Both the position numbers and the translations under genes were made by a program. Source: Squalus acanthias (Eukaryota). From it: a stretch of 64,000 nucleotides of DNA. The stretch is from positions 110,424,001 to 110,488,000 of the forward strand of contig CM059432.1 in NCBI GenBank assembly GCA_030390025.1, read 5' to 3'. Shown here piece by piece: positions 50,566-63,324 of this stretch. Each line of letters starts with the position of its first letter. Positions within the stretch are counted from its first letter, which is position 1. The notes beneath the pieces are model-generated. The model was given only the letters and a program-made list of their open reading frames with translations, ran no database searches and was not told the origin of the DNA.

Positions 50566-50730
50566 GCTCTTTGCCTGTCTACATGAGCAGGAATATAGCT
50601 CAGCTGTACGTGTCTGCTGCCGCCATCTTGGTGCTGGGAACCCCAATGTGTGGACATTGCACGGTTCACACCCAGACAGACAGGTCCCAAAGTCACTGCC
50701 TCTTTCCTTCATTGGCCCCAGTGCGATCTG
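50566..50730 (-). promoter_or_regulatory. Promoter/5'UTR of the OXR1-like exon
   Basis: Locally CpG-rich unique sequence. YY1-type motif CAAGATGGCGGC at 50630-50619. CCAAT at 50715-50711 (minus) and 50643-50647 (plus). uORF at 50626-50600 and an ATG-TAG at 50584-50579. Confidence 0.6.
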
Positions 50731-50934
50731 CCCTGTCACACACACACACCCCCTTCTCGCCAGGTTACAAATAATTATACATTTATTTTTTAATTGCAAG
50801 GAGCAAGACTTTTAAATTAAAAAAGTTTGGCTAACTTTTTTTCGACTCATTTATTTAAAATTATGTTGAAAGTAACTTAGATTTCTGGGGACAGGCACAA
50901 AAATTGTTCGAATTTATGTTGTTATTTCTCCTAG

Positions 50935-52567
50935 TGACGCAGTGGCTGAGTACACAATCCATCCCTCACCTGCCCCATACATGTGTGTGTAGCCGACTGC
51001 CAGACCCTCCTGATGTCTGCAGTTGCGCCGTGGAAGGAACCAGAGCAAAATAAATATGGGCAGTGGTGACCTTCACAGCCACTGGTAACTTGAGTCTGCC
51101 AGAACCAGCAGGCAGCAGGGCTTCTTCTGGGAGGTGACAAACAGACATGACAACATTAGCCTGAGGGAACACTGCTCAGAGAGGTCAAGGAAGCTGAGCC
51201 TCAGTCTGTAGACCATGTGATGTGGGTAGCGCATCCTGCGACCTCGGCCTCTCTCCTGCCCCCCTCTCTCCTGCCCCCCTCTCTCCTGCCCCCCCTCTCC
51301 GGCTCCCCCCTCTCCTGCTCCCCTCTCTCCTGCCCCTCTCTCCTGCCCCCCTCTCCTGTGCACCTCTCTCCTGCCCCCCCTCTCCTGCCCCCTCTCTCCT
51401 GCCCCCCCCTCTCCTGCCCCCCTCTCTCCTGCCCCCCCTCTCCTGCCCCCCTCCCTCCCTCTCCTGCCCCCCCTCTCTCCTGCCCCCCTCTCTCCTGCCC
51501 CCCTCTCCTGCGCCTCTCTCCTGCCCCCCTCTCTCCTGCCCCCCCCCCTCTCCTGCCCCCCCCCTCTCCTGCCCCCCTCTCTCCTGCCCCCCCCTCTCCT
51601 GCCCCCCCCTCTCCTGCCCCCCTCCCTCCCTCTCCTGCCCCCCTCCCTCCCTCTCCTGCCCCCCTCCCTCCCTCTCCTGCCCCCCTCCCTCCCTCTCCTG
51701 CCCCCCTCCCTCCCTCTCCTGCCCCCCCTCTCTCCTGCCCCCCTCTCTCCTGCCCCCCCTCTCCTGCCCCCCTCTCTCCTGCCCCCCCTCTCCTGCTGCC
51801 CCCCTCTCTCCTGCCCCCCTCTCTCCTGCGCCCCTCTCTCCTGTGCCCCCCTCTCTCCTGCACCCCTCTCTCCTGTGCCCCCCTATCTCCTGCGCCCCTC
51901 TCCTGCACCCCTCCCTCCTGGGAGCCTCTCTCCTGTGCCCCTCTCTCCTGCGCCCCTCTCCTGCTCCCCTCTCCTGCGCCCCTCCCTCCTGGGCGCCCCT
52001 CTCCTGTGCACATGCTGTCCCACCACAGCACGTCATCGCTGTCGTGGATGGTGATGATCTACCTCTTCTGATGTGCTGTCGCACACATCCAACGCACCTC
52101 CCATCCTGATCTTGTCAGCTTAAAAGCCTCCAAAGTTTAGAAAAGCTGTCTCCACACAAGCACTCTCTGCCAAACATTTGCCGGAGGAAACTGAGGTACC
52201 AGTTGTAATAAGTGAGATTTTATTCTGATGGGGCAATCACAGGTTTAAATACCCATCTGAACTGCAGCTCAATCTCATCTCCATTTCCTTGGTTAGCCTG
52301 GGAAACCCGAGCTGGACTTGTTAAATTTAATCTTTTAAAAATTCAATTTAGAAACACCTCATTAACGTCTCCTAAGGATGTTAATTGCAGCAATAAGTCC
52401 CCGCCCGCCTGCACTAATTAAAGCCCAGCCTTCAGCAAGGTTACTCGCAGGCATCCAAATGCGCCTCTGTTAAACCCAGAAGTGGGTGCATTGGAGCTGG
52501 GTGTCGGTCGCGATCCAAAGATCTCTTATTTTAACTAGCCACCCGTTCTTGGCAGTTGAAGTTCCCC
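50935..52567 (-). mobile_element. Harbinger fragment (terminus + transposase 5' part) containing an expanded minisatellite
   Basis: [31 protein letters not shown] and SGSFHGATADI peptides across frameshifts. GGGGAACTTCAACT terminus at about 52567. Confidence 0.75.
51249..52008. repeat. C-rich minisatellite, variable unit of about 13-20 bp built on CTCTCCTGCCCCC
   Basis: Dozens of directly visible tandem units, G-rich on the minus strand. Confidence 0.95.
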
Positions 52568-52636
52568 TCATAGAATAGAATAGAAATCCATCATACAATG
52601 CAGAAATACCAAGGGTTAGCTTTTACCACTAGTATA

Positions 52637-52774
52637 AAAGCAAAATACTGCGGATGCTGGAAATCTGAAATAAAAACAGAAAATGCTGGAAATACTCAGC
52701 AGGTCAGGCAGCATTTGTGGAGAGAGAAACACAGTTAACGTTCTGACGAAGGGTCATCAACCTGAAACGTTAAC
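52637..52774. mobile_element. Inverted Penelope terminal repeat + hammerhead; continues at 55428-55493 beyond the CR1
   Basis: An antisense copy ends ...ACAGTTAACGTT, then CTGACGA-a-GGGTC(atc)AACCT-GAAA-CGTT-AAC. The remainder TCTGTTTCTCTCTCCACAGATGCTGCC resumes at 55428. Confidence 0.8.
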
Positions 52775-55427
52775 ATAAGAACATAAGAAATAGGAGCAGG
52801 AGTAGACCAATCGGCCCCTCGAGCCTGCTCCGCCATTCAATGAGATCATGGCTGATCTGATCCAACCTCAACTCTAAAGAACACAAGAAGCAGGAGCAGG
52901 ACCAGGCCACTCGGCCCCTGGGCCCGCTCCGCCACCCACAGGGCCTTGACCGATCCGAACTCAAACTCATGTCCAATTTCCAGCCCGCTCCCCGTAACCT
53001 CTGATTCCCTTTACTTCTAGGAAACGGTCTATTTCTGTTTTAAATTTATTTAATGAAGTAGCTTCCACAGCTTCCTGGGGTAGCAAATTCCACAGACCCA
53101 CTACCCTCTGAGTGAAAAAGTTTCTCCTCATCTCAGTTTTGAAAGAGGAGCCCCTTATTCTAAGATTATGTCCCCTAGTTCTAGTTTCACCCATCATTGG
53201 GAACATCCTCACCACGTCCACCCAATCAAGCCCCTTCACAATCTTATATGTTTCAATAAGATCGCCTCTCATTCTTCTGAACTCCAATGAGTAGAGTTCC
53301 AATCTACTCAACCTCTCCTCGTATGTCCACCCCCTCATCCCCGGAATTAACCGAGTGAACCTTCTTTGTACTGCCTCGAGAGCAAGTATGTCTTTTCTTA
53401 AGTATGGACACCAAAACTGTATGCAGTACTCCAGGTGCGGTCTCACCAATACCCTATACAACTGCAGCAATACCTCCCTGTTTTTATATTCTATCCCCCT
53501 AGCAATAAAAGCCAACATTCCATTGGCTTTCTTGATCACCTGCTGCACCTGCATACTAACTTTTTGATTTTCTTGCACCAAGACCCCCAGATCCCTTTGT
53601 ACTGCAGTACTTTCCAGTTTCTCGCCATTAAGATAATAACTTGCTCTCTGATTTTTCCTGCCAAAGTGCATAACCTCACATTTTCCAATATTGTATTGCA
53701 TCTGCCAAATCTCTGCCCACTCACCCAGCCTGTCTATATCCCCTTGTAGGTTTTTTATGTCCTCCTCACTCTCTACTTTCCCTCCCATCTTTGTATCATC
53801 TGCAAACTTTGATATGTTACACTCGGTCCCCTCCTCCAAATCGTTAATATAGATTGTAAAGAGTTGGGGACCCAGCACCGACCCCTGCGGAACACCACTG
53901 GCTACTGGTTGCCAGTCCGAGAATGAACCATTTATCCCAACTCTCTGCTTCCTGTTAGATAACCAATCCTCCACCCATGCCAGAATATTACCCCCAATCC
54001 AGTGATTTTTTATCTTGAGTAATAATCTTTTATGTGGCACCTTGTCGAATGCCTTCTGGAAGTCTAAATACACCACATCCACTGGTTCCCCTTTATCCAC
54101 CCTGTACATTATGTCCTCAAAGAACTCGAGCAAATTTGTCAGACATGACTTCCCCTTCATAAAGCCATGCTGACTTTGTCCTATTAAATTATGTTTATCT
54201 AAATGTTCCGTTACTGTCTCCTTAATAATATACTCCAAAATTTTACCCACCACAGATGTTAGGCTAACTGGTCTATAATTTCCAGCCTTCTGCCTACAAC
54301 CCTTTTTAAATAAGGGTGTTACATTAGCAGTTTTCCAATCTGCCGGGACCTTTGCTGAGTTCAGGGAGTTTTGGAAAATTATTACCAAAGCATCCACAAT
54401 TCCTACTGCCACTTCCCTCAAGACCCTAGGATGTAAGCCATCAGGTCCAGGGGATTTATCCACCTTGAGTCCCATTATTTTACTGAGTACCAATTCCTTA
54501 GTAATTTTAATCGTATTTAGCTCCTCCCCCACTAGAGCCCCCTGTTTGTCCAGTGTTGGGATATTCTTAGTGTCCTCTACCGTAAAGACTGAAACAAAAT
54601 ATTTGTTCAGCATTTTTGCCATCTCCATGTTTCCCACCATTAATTTCCCGGTCTCATCCTCTAAGAGACCTACGTTTGCCTTAACCACCCTTTTTCTTTT
54701 TATATAACTATAGAAACTCTTGCTATCTGTTTTTATATTTTTTGCTAATTTATTTTCATAGTCTATTTTCCCTTTCTTAATCAATCCTTTAGTTACTTTT
54801 TGTTGTCTTTTGAAGACTTCCCAATCTTCTATCCTTCCACTAACTTTGGCTACCTTATATGTCCTTGTTTTTAGTTGGATACTTTCGTTAATTTCTTTAC
54901 TTAGCCATGGATGGCTGTCATTTCTTTTACACCCCTTTTTCCTCAGTGGAATATATTTATTTTGAAAGTTGTAAAATAACTCCTTGAATGAACACCACTG
55001 CTCATGTACCGTCTTACCCTTTAATCTATTTTCCCAGTCCACTTTAATCAATTCTGCTCTCATGCCATCATAGTCTCCTTTATTCAAGCTCAGTATGCTT
55101 GTTTGAGAACCAACCTTCTCACCCTCTAATTGGATATGGAATTCAACCATGTTATGGTCACTCTTTCCAAGGGGATCCTTAACTAGGACATTATTAATTA
55201 ATCCAGACTCATTACACAGTACCAGGTCCAAGGTTGCTTGACCCCTTGTAGGATCAGTTACATACTGCTCAAGAAATCCATCCCTAAGACACTCAATAAA
55301 CTCTTCCTCAAGGCTGCCCTGCCCAATTTGATTTGTCCAGTTAATATGATAGTTAAAAGCCCCCATAATTATAGCTGTTCCCTTATTACATGCCCCAACT
55401 ATTTCCTGATTAATACTTCTTCCATAC
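52775..55427 (-). mobile_element. Young 5'-truncated CR1 LINE with about 820 uninterrupted ORF2 codons
   Basis: ORF 52967-55444 carries the endonuclease C-terminus (SDHN) and complete RT (KFADD). (TTCTTATG)n tail. Confidence 0.95.
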
Positions 55428-55916
55428 TCTGTTTCTCTCTCCACAGATGCTGCCTGACCTGCTGAGTATTTCCAGCCTTCTCTGTTTTTATTTAAGCTTT
55501 TACCAGTTGGAGCTTTTTAAGCGAAAAAATTATGACCATTTGGAATTATTCCAAATCCATGGAGCTCTGCTTTTTGCGATAGATTTTCAAGCCATTTACA
55601 GGAGGCTGGCGCTGTTCAGAGAGTTTGGGGTCGCACAGTTTGTTGCCTTGCTGTCCTTGCAAGTCAAACTCTTTTAACAACTTTGATGAAACAATGTGGC
55701 ATAGGATAGATAATTCGGTAAACATGCAAAGAATGTTATCAGGAAGCAGTCCAGAGAATACAGTGACCAGTAACTTTATGCAGTCCAGATAAGCTGCATG
55801 CTGACACATTGACTAGATTTATACATCAGCCTCCTACTCCTGACAATGTTCATCATTTCAAATACAACAGTAGAGACTATTCAGGGATCAAAGTGGCAAT
55901 ATCAGAAAATGATATT

Positions 55917-58406
55917 GCACTCGATATTAAACCCCCCCAAGACAGGCGGGAGAGGGTCGGAGGGGATTAAAGACTTAAATACGGGACAAGCACACGCCCA
56001 CTGCCTTTCGACAGCGGCAGAGAATGGAGAGGTGAGACATTCAATTAACATATTTTAAATTGGGCTCCCACAGAGTAAAACTGACTGTTGCTGCATGGGT
56101 ATCCCAGGGGTTGGGAAGCCCAGCAGTGAAAGGGAGGCGGGAGCTACCGGCTCCACAAGGTAAGTGCCTCTGTCAGCACTCCTTGTGGGCCAGGAGGAGG
56201 AGAAGTGCTTCCCCCCGGCCACGCCAGGAAGCCTTCGGCCTCACCTTCCCGATCACGGCCTCTCTTCCACCCTCCCGATCACAACAACAACTTGTATTTA
56301 TATAGCGCCTTTAACGTAGTAAAATGTCCCAAGGTGCTTCACAGGAATATTATAAGACAAAAAATTTGCGACTGAGCCACATAAGGATAAATTAGGGCAG
56401 GTGACCAAAAGCTTGGTCAAAGAGGTCGGTTTTATGGAACGTCTTAAAGGAGGAAAGAGAGGTAGAGAGGCAAAGAGGTTTAGGCAGGGGATTCCAAAGC
56501 TTGGGGCCCAGGCAACAGAAGGCACAGCCACCAATGGTTGAGCAATTATAATCAGGGATGTGCAAGAGGCCAGAATTAGAGGAGCGCAGATATCTCGGAG
56601 GGTTATGGGGCCGGAGGAGATTACAGAGATAGGGACGGACGAAGCCATGGAGGGATCTGAAAACAAGGATGAGAATTTTAAAATCGAGGCGTTGCTTAAC
56701 CGGGAGCCAATGTAGGTCAGCGAGCACAGGGGTGATGGGTGAATGGGACTTGGTGCGAGTTAGGACACAGGCAGCTGAGTTTTGGATGACCTCAAGTTTA
56801 TGTAGGATAGAATGTGGGAGGCCAGCCAGGTGTGCATTGGAATAGTCAAGTCGAGAGGTAACAAAGGCATGGATGAGGGTTTCAGCAGCGGATGAGCTGA
56901 GGCAAGGGCGGAGACGAGCGCTGTTACGGAGGTGGAAATAGGCCGTCTTAGTTATGCTGCGGATATGTGGTCAGAAGCTCATTTCCGGGTCAAATATGAC
57001 ACCAAGGTTGCAAACAGTGTGGTTCAGCCTCAGACAGATGTTAGGGAGCGGGATGGAGTCAGTGGCTAGGGAACGGAGTTTGTGGCAGGGACCGAAAACA
57101 ATGGCCTCGGTCTTCCCAATATTTAATTGGAGAAAATTTTTGCTCATCCAGAACTGGATGTTGGACAAGCAGTCTGACAATTTTGAGACCGTGGAGGGGT
57201 CGAGAGAAGAGGTGGTGAGGTAGAGCTGGGTGCCGTCAGAGTATATGTGGAAACTGATGCTGTGTTTTTGCATGATGTTGCCGAGGGGCAGCAGGTAGAT
57301 GAGAAATAGGAGGGGGCCAAGGATAGATCCTTGGGGGACACCAGAGGTAACGATGCGGGAGCGGGATGAGAAGCCGTTGTAGGTGATTCTCTGGCTACGA
57401 TTAGATAGATAAGAATGGAACCAGGCGAGTGCAGTCCCACCCAGCAGGACGACGGTGGAGAGGCGTTGAAGGATGGAGTGGTCAACCGTGTCAAAGGCTG
57501 CAGACGAGTCAAGAAGGACGAGGAGGGATAGTTTACATTTGTCACAGTCACATATGATGTCATTTGTGACTTTGATGAGAGCCGTTTCGGTACTGTGGCA
57601 AAGGCGGAAACCGGATTGGAGGGATTCAAACATGGAATTGTTAGAAAGATGGCCATGGATTCGGGAGGCGACAACACGTTCAAGGACTTTGGAGAGGAAA
57701 GGGAGGTTGGAGATGGGGTGGTAGCATGCAGGAACAGAGGGGTCAAGGGTTGTTTTTTTGAGGAGAGGGGTGATGACGGCAGATTTGAGGGATAGGGGGA
57801 CAGTACCCGAGGACAGAGAACCGTTAACAATATCAGCTAACATGGGAGCCAGAAAAGGAAGTTGGGTGGTCAGCAGTTTGGTGGGAATAGGGTCGAGGGA
57901 GCAGGAAGAGGGTCTCATGGACAAGATGAGTGCGGAGAGGTCATGAGGGGAGATCGGAGAGAATCTGTAAGATGTGAGTTCAGGGCTAGGGCGGGGGGAA
58001 ACTTAGAGGAAGTTTGGGCCGGTGGGCTCGGGGAAGGAAGGGAAGGGAAGTGGCAGATCACGGCCTTTCTCCACCACCCCACCCCGCCCCTGCAATCGCA
58101 GCCTCCCTTCCACCCTCCCGATCACGGCCTTTCTCATCCCAACCCCATTTGCCTCCCCCCCACCCTGAGTCCCGATTGCTGACTTCCCCCCCCCGCCGCA
58201 CGTTGGCACGGCTGCGGCCTCCTGCTGCTGGGTTTCCTTCCTGTCCATCGGCCAGGCTGCCAATTTATCCGGCTGCTGGGCGAAAAATGGAACAAAAAAA
58301 TGATGAAGTCCTGCCATTAAGTTTGGCAGGGCCACCGTGTCCCTGGCCTTGCCTGTTTTTTCGGCCTCCCCTGCACCCTCCCCGTCTCCCCATAAATATC
58401 AGGGCC
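55917..58406. mobile_element. Harbinger-type element interrupted by an L2
   Basis: Imperfect TIRs GCACTCGATATT / AATATCAGGGCC, TSD ATT, and GATCACGGCCT repeats on both sides of the L2. Confidence 0.6.
56281..58055 (-). mobile_element. 5'-truncated L2 LINE (RT)
   Basis: SCSLDPIPTKLL, QSGFRLCHSTETAL, AAFDTVDH, GVPQGSILGP, LHWLPVKQR. (TTG)n tail. Confidence 0.92.
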
Positions 58407-60061
58407 ATTGATTGAGTTAAAGAGGCTTCTACAAGTTGGGTGGCATATGATAGCTCAACTTGCCACTGATCATGTGGTGAATGGATGCTCTGAAGCTTGT
58501 CTTTCAAAAATTTTACTTCATAAGGTTGGAGTCTTCCAAGCTAACTGCCCAAAACAAAGGGCTCCACCACTTATCTTATTCCAAAAGTATATCTGCTGCA
58601 GATGGTGAAATCTTGACAAGCTGTCCCCTATCAGGTTTGGGCCTGTACACAAAATCAGCTGACAACTCCATCACGTGTTTCTAAATTGTAGATTATTGCA
58701 ACAAAGCCAATCATCCAAGACTAGAGATCTTAGATACCAAAGCCCAAATTTTCTGGTGTGGGTGCAGTTTAATCAGAAAATGCAAAGCTCACCTAAAAAG
58801 TGTAGTGTGCTGATGGACAACATTTGTCCCTGGTCATCGCAGTATCATAATTATTCGTAACATCCAGGTGCAGCTTTGGATGCTTGCAGATAGTCTAGAG
58901 ATAGGTCTGGAAAATTGCAATTCAGGTGAAATTTAAAGGGAAGTGACAGAATAGGAGCCAAAAGTTCTTACAACCTTTGAAAAGGCCAATTCAACAAGTA
59001 GAATTTGCCAAGGCTGGAGAGGGGTAAAAAGAGATAGGCAAATTGAAGTGGAAGGGAATGCAATGTGGAGGCAAGCGATATAGCAGCCCAGCACCCAATC
59101 CCCTGTTTGATAGCTGTTAAAGTGGAGATGGTGCTTGATGAGGTGGTTGTGAGGAGGGTAGGCCTGTTTGCCATTACACAGGTCATAAAGTGGAAAAAGG
59201 AAGTTGAAGTGCCGATCAGCCATGATCTAACTGAATGGCCTACCACTGTTCCTAATGTTCCTTCCAGCATGCCTGAAAGGAGATAAATGCAGATTTGAGG
59301 CTGCGGCTGGCAGTTATTGCCACTGGAGGATCAATCCTAGGCTGTGTTATCTGCAGATGCCCCTCCAGCAGATGACACAGCTCTACATTTAGCTCTCCGT
59401 TGACCCAGAGGCTGTGCAGATCGTTCCCGTGGTCCTTGTCAGGTAGGCGTGCTAGGGTTTGCAGATATGGTTATTGACATCTTAGCAGATGTGGTCACTT
59501 AGACTATGCTGGTTGTTGCTCACACTGGAATCCATTCTTTCATGTAGTACTATTTAAAGCATAAAACACTGCGATTAGGGTGTTTCTGGAGAACCATCCA
59601 GTATAATGGTTAGTCAGGCCTTCACATATTGCATTTGTGCCACTGGATCTGCTGTCATGGCCTCCATTGGGAATTCAAGCCTCTGCTTGCACTAATCCTC
59701 TATCTGTGGGTGGGGGAGTGAGGGTGGGTGATGAACATCTTTGGTACAGCTTGACCTGCCTGGCATCCCTGCATTGACCCTCCTCTTCCTCTCCAGAAAG
59801 CTAATGAGTTCCCATTGGAAAATTCATTGTGACACAAATGGGGCAGTAGGGGGAAAAAAGGCTCCTATTCTGTCACTTCCCTTTAAGTCTACATCCCCTA
59901 GCAATCCTGGACCCCATTACGTAAGGCCATGAAGATTGCATACCACATGCATGAATGTGGGATAATTGTATGCAAAAGGAAGTCACCATCCCTACTTAAT
60001 TTACATATTACAATTTCAGACAGCAGCTTCCTGCCTCTATTTGTATCAGTGGTGGAAATGT

Positions 60062-60165
60062 ATGTGGAGCGTAGATTGTGGAGAGATCTGGCATTATGGA
60101 TCTCCGCCCAATGCATGTGGAGCGTAGACTGTGGAGAGATGTGGCATTATGGATCTCCGCCCAAT
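60062..60165. repeat. 53-bp tandem duplication
   Basis: ATGTGGAGCGTAGA(T/C)TGTGGAGAGAT(C/G)TGGCATTATGGATCTCCGCCCAAT twice, with 2 mismatches. Confidence 0.9.
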
Positions 60166-61279
60166 TTTCCGTTCGGTTTTCACCCATTTGCGCCTGTTTA
60201 TTGGATCAGCCCCATCAGAAAATATACCTTTGGAGAAGTTAAAAAGGGTGTACAATCTTTAGTGTCACCACGATGGTGTATTCTGAAGCAGCCTGGGTAC
60301 CACTTCAGAGGAGCAAAGAGATGCCATAAGTAGTCAATGGCTTACTTTGTGGAGTGGTAGTATCATAACTGGTGTACTGTAATAAAATAAGAACATAAAC
60401 AGCCTTTATGCAGCAATGAGGATGCTACAATTTCCTTTTAACCTTGTTATCTTTTCAATTGATCAAACAGTAGCTGGTGACATGCTCGGGTCACATGCTA
60501 TCACATCACTTGAGTATTCATCACATAATGTGGTCAAGAGTCCAACCTGCTTCTACAAGTCAGGATATCTAACAGCTTGCCTCTAATCTAATATCTAACA
60601 GCTTCATCAACCCTAAATTTCCTTATCGGGTATATTTAAAAAAAATTAAAATACAATCAAGAATAACCAGTATTTATATGTGGTACTGCCTTGTGACACA
60701 CTCCTACCTTTCTATCCACAATCTTTGCTCCATTCCAGCTGAATCCATCAGGGGAATTTTAACTGGCAGAGGGTTTCTGGCAGGAAACCGCTGCTTTCAG
60801 TTAGATTCCCGCCCACCCGCGGCAGAATGAGGCCACCATCCGACACTCAGCTAACTGTGGGACCAGGGCTCTGGGGAGATCTCGCAATATGGAAGGGGAG
60901 AGTCTGGGGCAGGGGAGGCCTAAAGTTTCCTTGTGTGGTTTGGAGGAGCCCTCCTGTTCCTCCTGGCCCACAAAGGAAACAAATGACCTTGAGTGGCTAC
61001 TCCAGCTTTGGGTCCTCTTTTCACTTGATTTTATCGAGTGTGAATGCTGCAGCAGCTTCCCTTCACAGGTCGGAGTTAAAATCATAGTCGAGGCCTGATA
61101 AGGTCACCTGCATATTCAAAGAAGGACTTGGTTTGCATCAGATGGCTGCCTTTTCCTCTTGTTCAGAATAGCAGGTTAAAATTGAAGACAGCAGGTCAGG
61201 CAGTGGGTTGCTTTTTAACTGTGGAAACCAGGCGAGTAGGGTTAAATGGCCCCCCACGTATCAGGATTGAATGTACCTC

Positions 61280-63000
61280 ATTTGTCAGAGTGGGTTTGGA
61301 AGGTTTGAATATAGCCAGGGGAGTGGAGGAACTCGGTGCTTTTTCAAGGAGGTGATTCTGAGTGCAATGGACCAGTGTATACCCATGCAAAGCAAAGGTA
61401 CCAAGGTTAAAGGCACTGCTGAATGGGACTACCAAGCAATTCATAATGAAGGAAAAAAAGCCATTGCGTATTTATAGCACAGAATTCATACAGATTTAAT
61501 ACCAAAGGAATGCCAGGAATGTAAAAAGGGCATCAAAATGGCAAAGACAGATTTTGAATTGGCTAAGGCAAGAGAAGTGAAGGATAATAATAAGTTTTTT
61601 AGTTACTAAGCGAAAAAGAAAAACGAGTGTGGCCACTGAAAGTGGGATCAGGTGAGGCCATGACAACTAATGCTGCACAGGTTCCGAAACTGCTAAAGAA
61701 GTTGTTTTGCCTTTAGCCTTCAGCCAGGAAGAGGCAGGTTTATTTGATCTGGTGAGGGATTTAGAGGGTTTTGCAGAGGTAAGTTGTGACCAATGTTCCT
61801 CCTAAGGTGTGCAGCCAATCGCGAGGTCCCACTCAGGCCGCTCACCAGCTGGAAGAAATACCACGCAGTAAATTTCAAGGTCCGGCGCAGGGGGAAAGAA
61901 TAAGCGGGAACATTGGTTGTGACACTATTCACATTACTACCAGCTGGGCAACCTTAAGGTCAATAAATCTCAGAGGTCGGATAAGATGCATCCAAGGATC
62001 CTTAAAGAAATAAGGGTGGGAATTGCAGGAACTCTGGCACAAATCTTCTAGAAATCACTGAATACCAGAGAAGTGCCTGGGGACTGATGTTAGTCCTATT
62101 TTTGAAAAAAGGTAGCAAAACTGACCCAGGAAACTATGGACCAGTAAGTTTGAGGCCATTGTTAATAAAGTTATGGAAACCCTTATGATCATGGGGCTGG
62201 ATTTTGTCTTGGGGTCGAGTTGGGGTCGTGTCATCCACATTTCGTGTTCCCCCCCGACTCCAGATTAATGTGGATGAATGATGCAATTGTCACTTAATTG
62301 GGCAATTGAGTTCCAGCATGTGGGAACCCATGAACTAATTAGTGGTTTCAGTCTGAAAGTCGCCTCTGATGATGCCATCATTGCTGCTGCATTACAGGTC
62401 AGAGACTGACTGCCTGGTTTCAGAGACTGACTGGCTGTTGGTGAGAGAGGACCTGCCTGATGTGAGTGGACCTGGATATATATATATGAGAGAGAGAGAG
62501 AGAATTTTTTTTGCATCCATGCAGTCTCTGAAGACATTCAATGCAGCAGCATCAGAGGCGACTTTCACACCTACTACTACCTTCATCACATCTCCGTTGT
62601 AATAGTGAACCTGCAGCTGATAGTCAGCTATCCACTTGTGCTCCCGCCAGGTTTCACTGGAATGTTTCACATCAGGCGTACTTCACGTCGGAAAAGGGTT
62701 AAACTAGCTAAAACGTTTCAAAATGGCATTACAGAGCCAATTTAGGGCTTGTTAAGGGCTTTAATGGCCTCTTCCGCCTCTTGGAGGTGGGACGGAGTCG
62801 GGAACCCCGCGACTGATTTTGTCAAAATTGCGTGGAGGCGGGATGGGGTCGGGACCCCCGACCCCGCAAATTTAACCCCCCACACGCCTCCAAACCCGAC
62901 TCCATGGGCCATTCAAAATCCAGCCCATGGAGTATCTGGATAGAAATAAAGTGATAAAAGGGAGCTAATATGGTTTAATTAATGGGAGGTTTTGTTAATC
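61280..63000 (+). mobile_element. Very old CR1 remnant with insertions
   Basis: Degenerate tether/RT-start sequence (ATGCATCCAAGGATCCTTAAAGAAATA, CCAGGAAACTATGGACCAGTAAG). Confidence 0.55.
62194..62926. mobile_element. Harbinger-type MITE
   Basis: Perfect 13-bp TIR GGGCTGGATTTTG and TSD ATG. Confidence 0.85.
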
Positions 63001-63324
63001 TAATCTACTGGTTTTATACAATCACAGACTATTACAGCACGGAAGGAGGCCATTCGGCCCATCGAGTCTGCACTGGCTCTTTCGAAGAGCAATCCAGTCA
63101 GTCCCACTCTCCCGCTCTTTCCGCATATCACTGCAATTTTTTTCTCCTTCAAGTATTTATCCAAGTCCCTTTTGAAGAATAGCACAGCACAGAAGGAGGA
63201 AAAGCTTAATGGCCCAAATGGGGATTGAACACATGACCATGGCATTAGTAGCATCTCCAACCAATAGAGCAAACCAGACTCATCAAAGATAAACAGTTTT
63301 CCAGCAATGTTGGTCAATGGATCA

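Noticed and set aside
51249..52008. Possible CRISPR-like array
   Set aside because: No unique spacers; it is a simple tandem repeat in a vertebrate context.
51185..52109. Four 276-299 aa ORFs
   Set aside because: Artefacts of the stop-free minisatellite.
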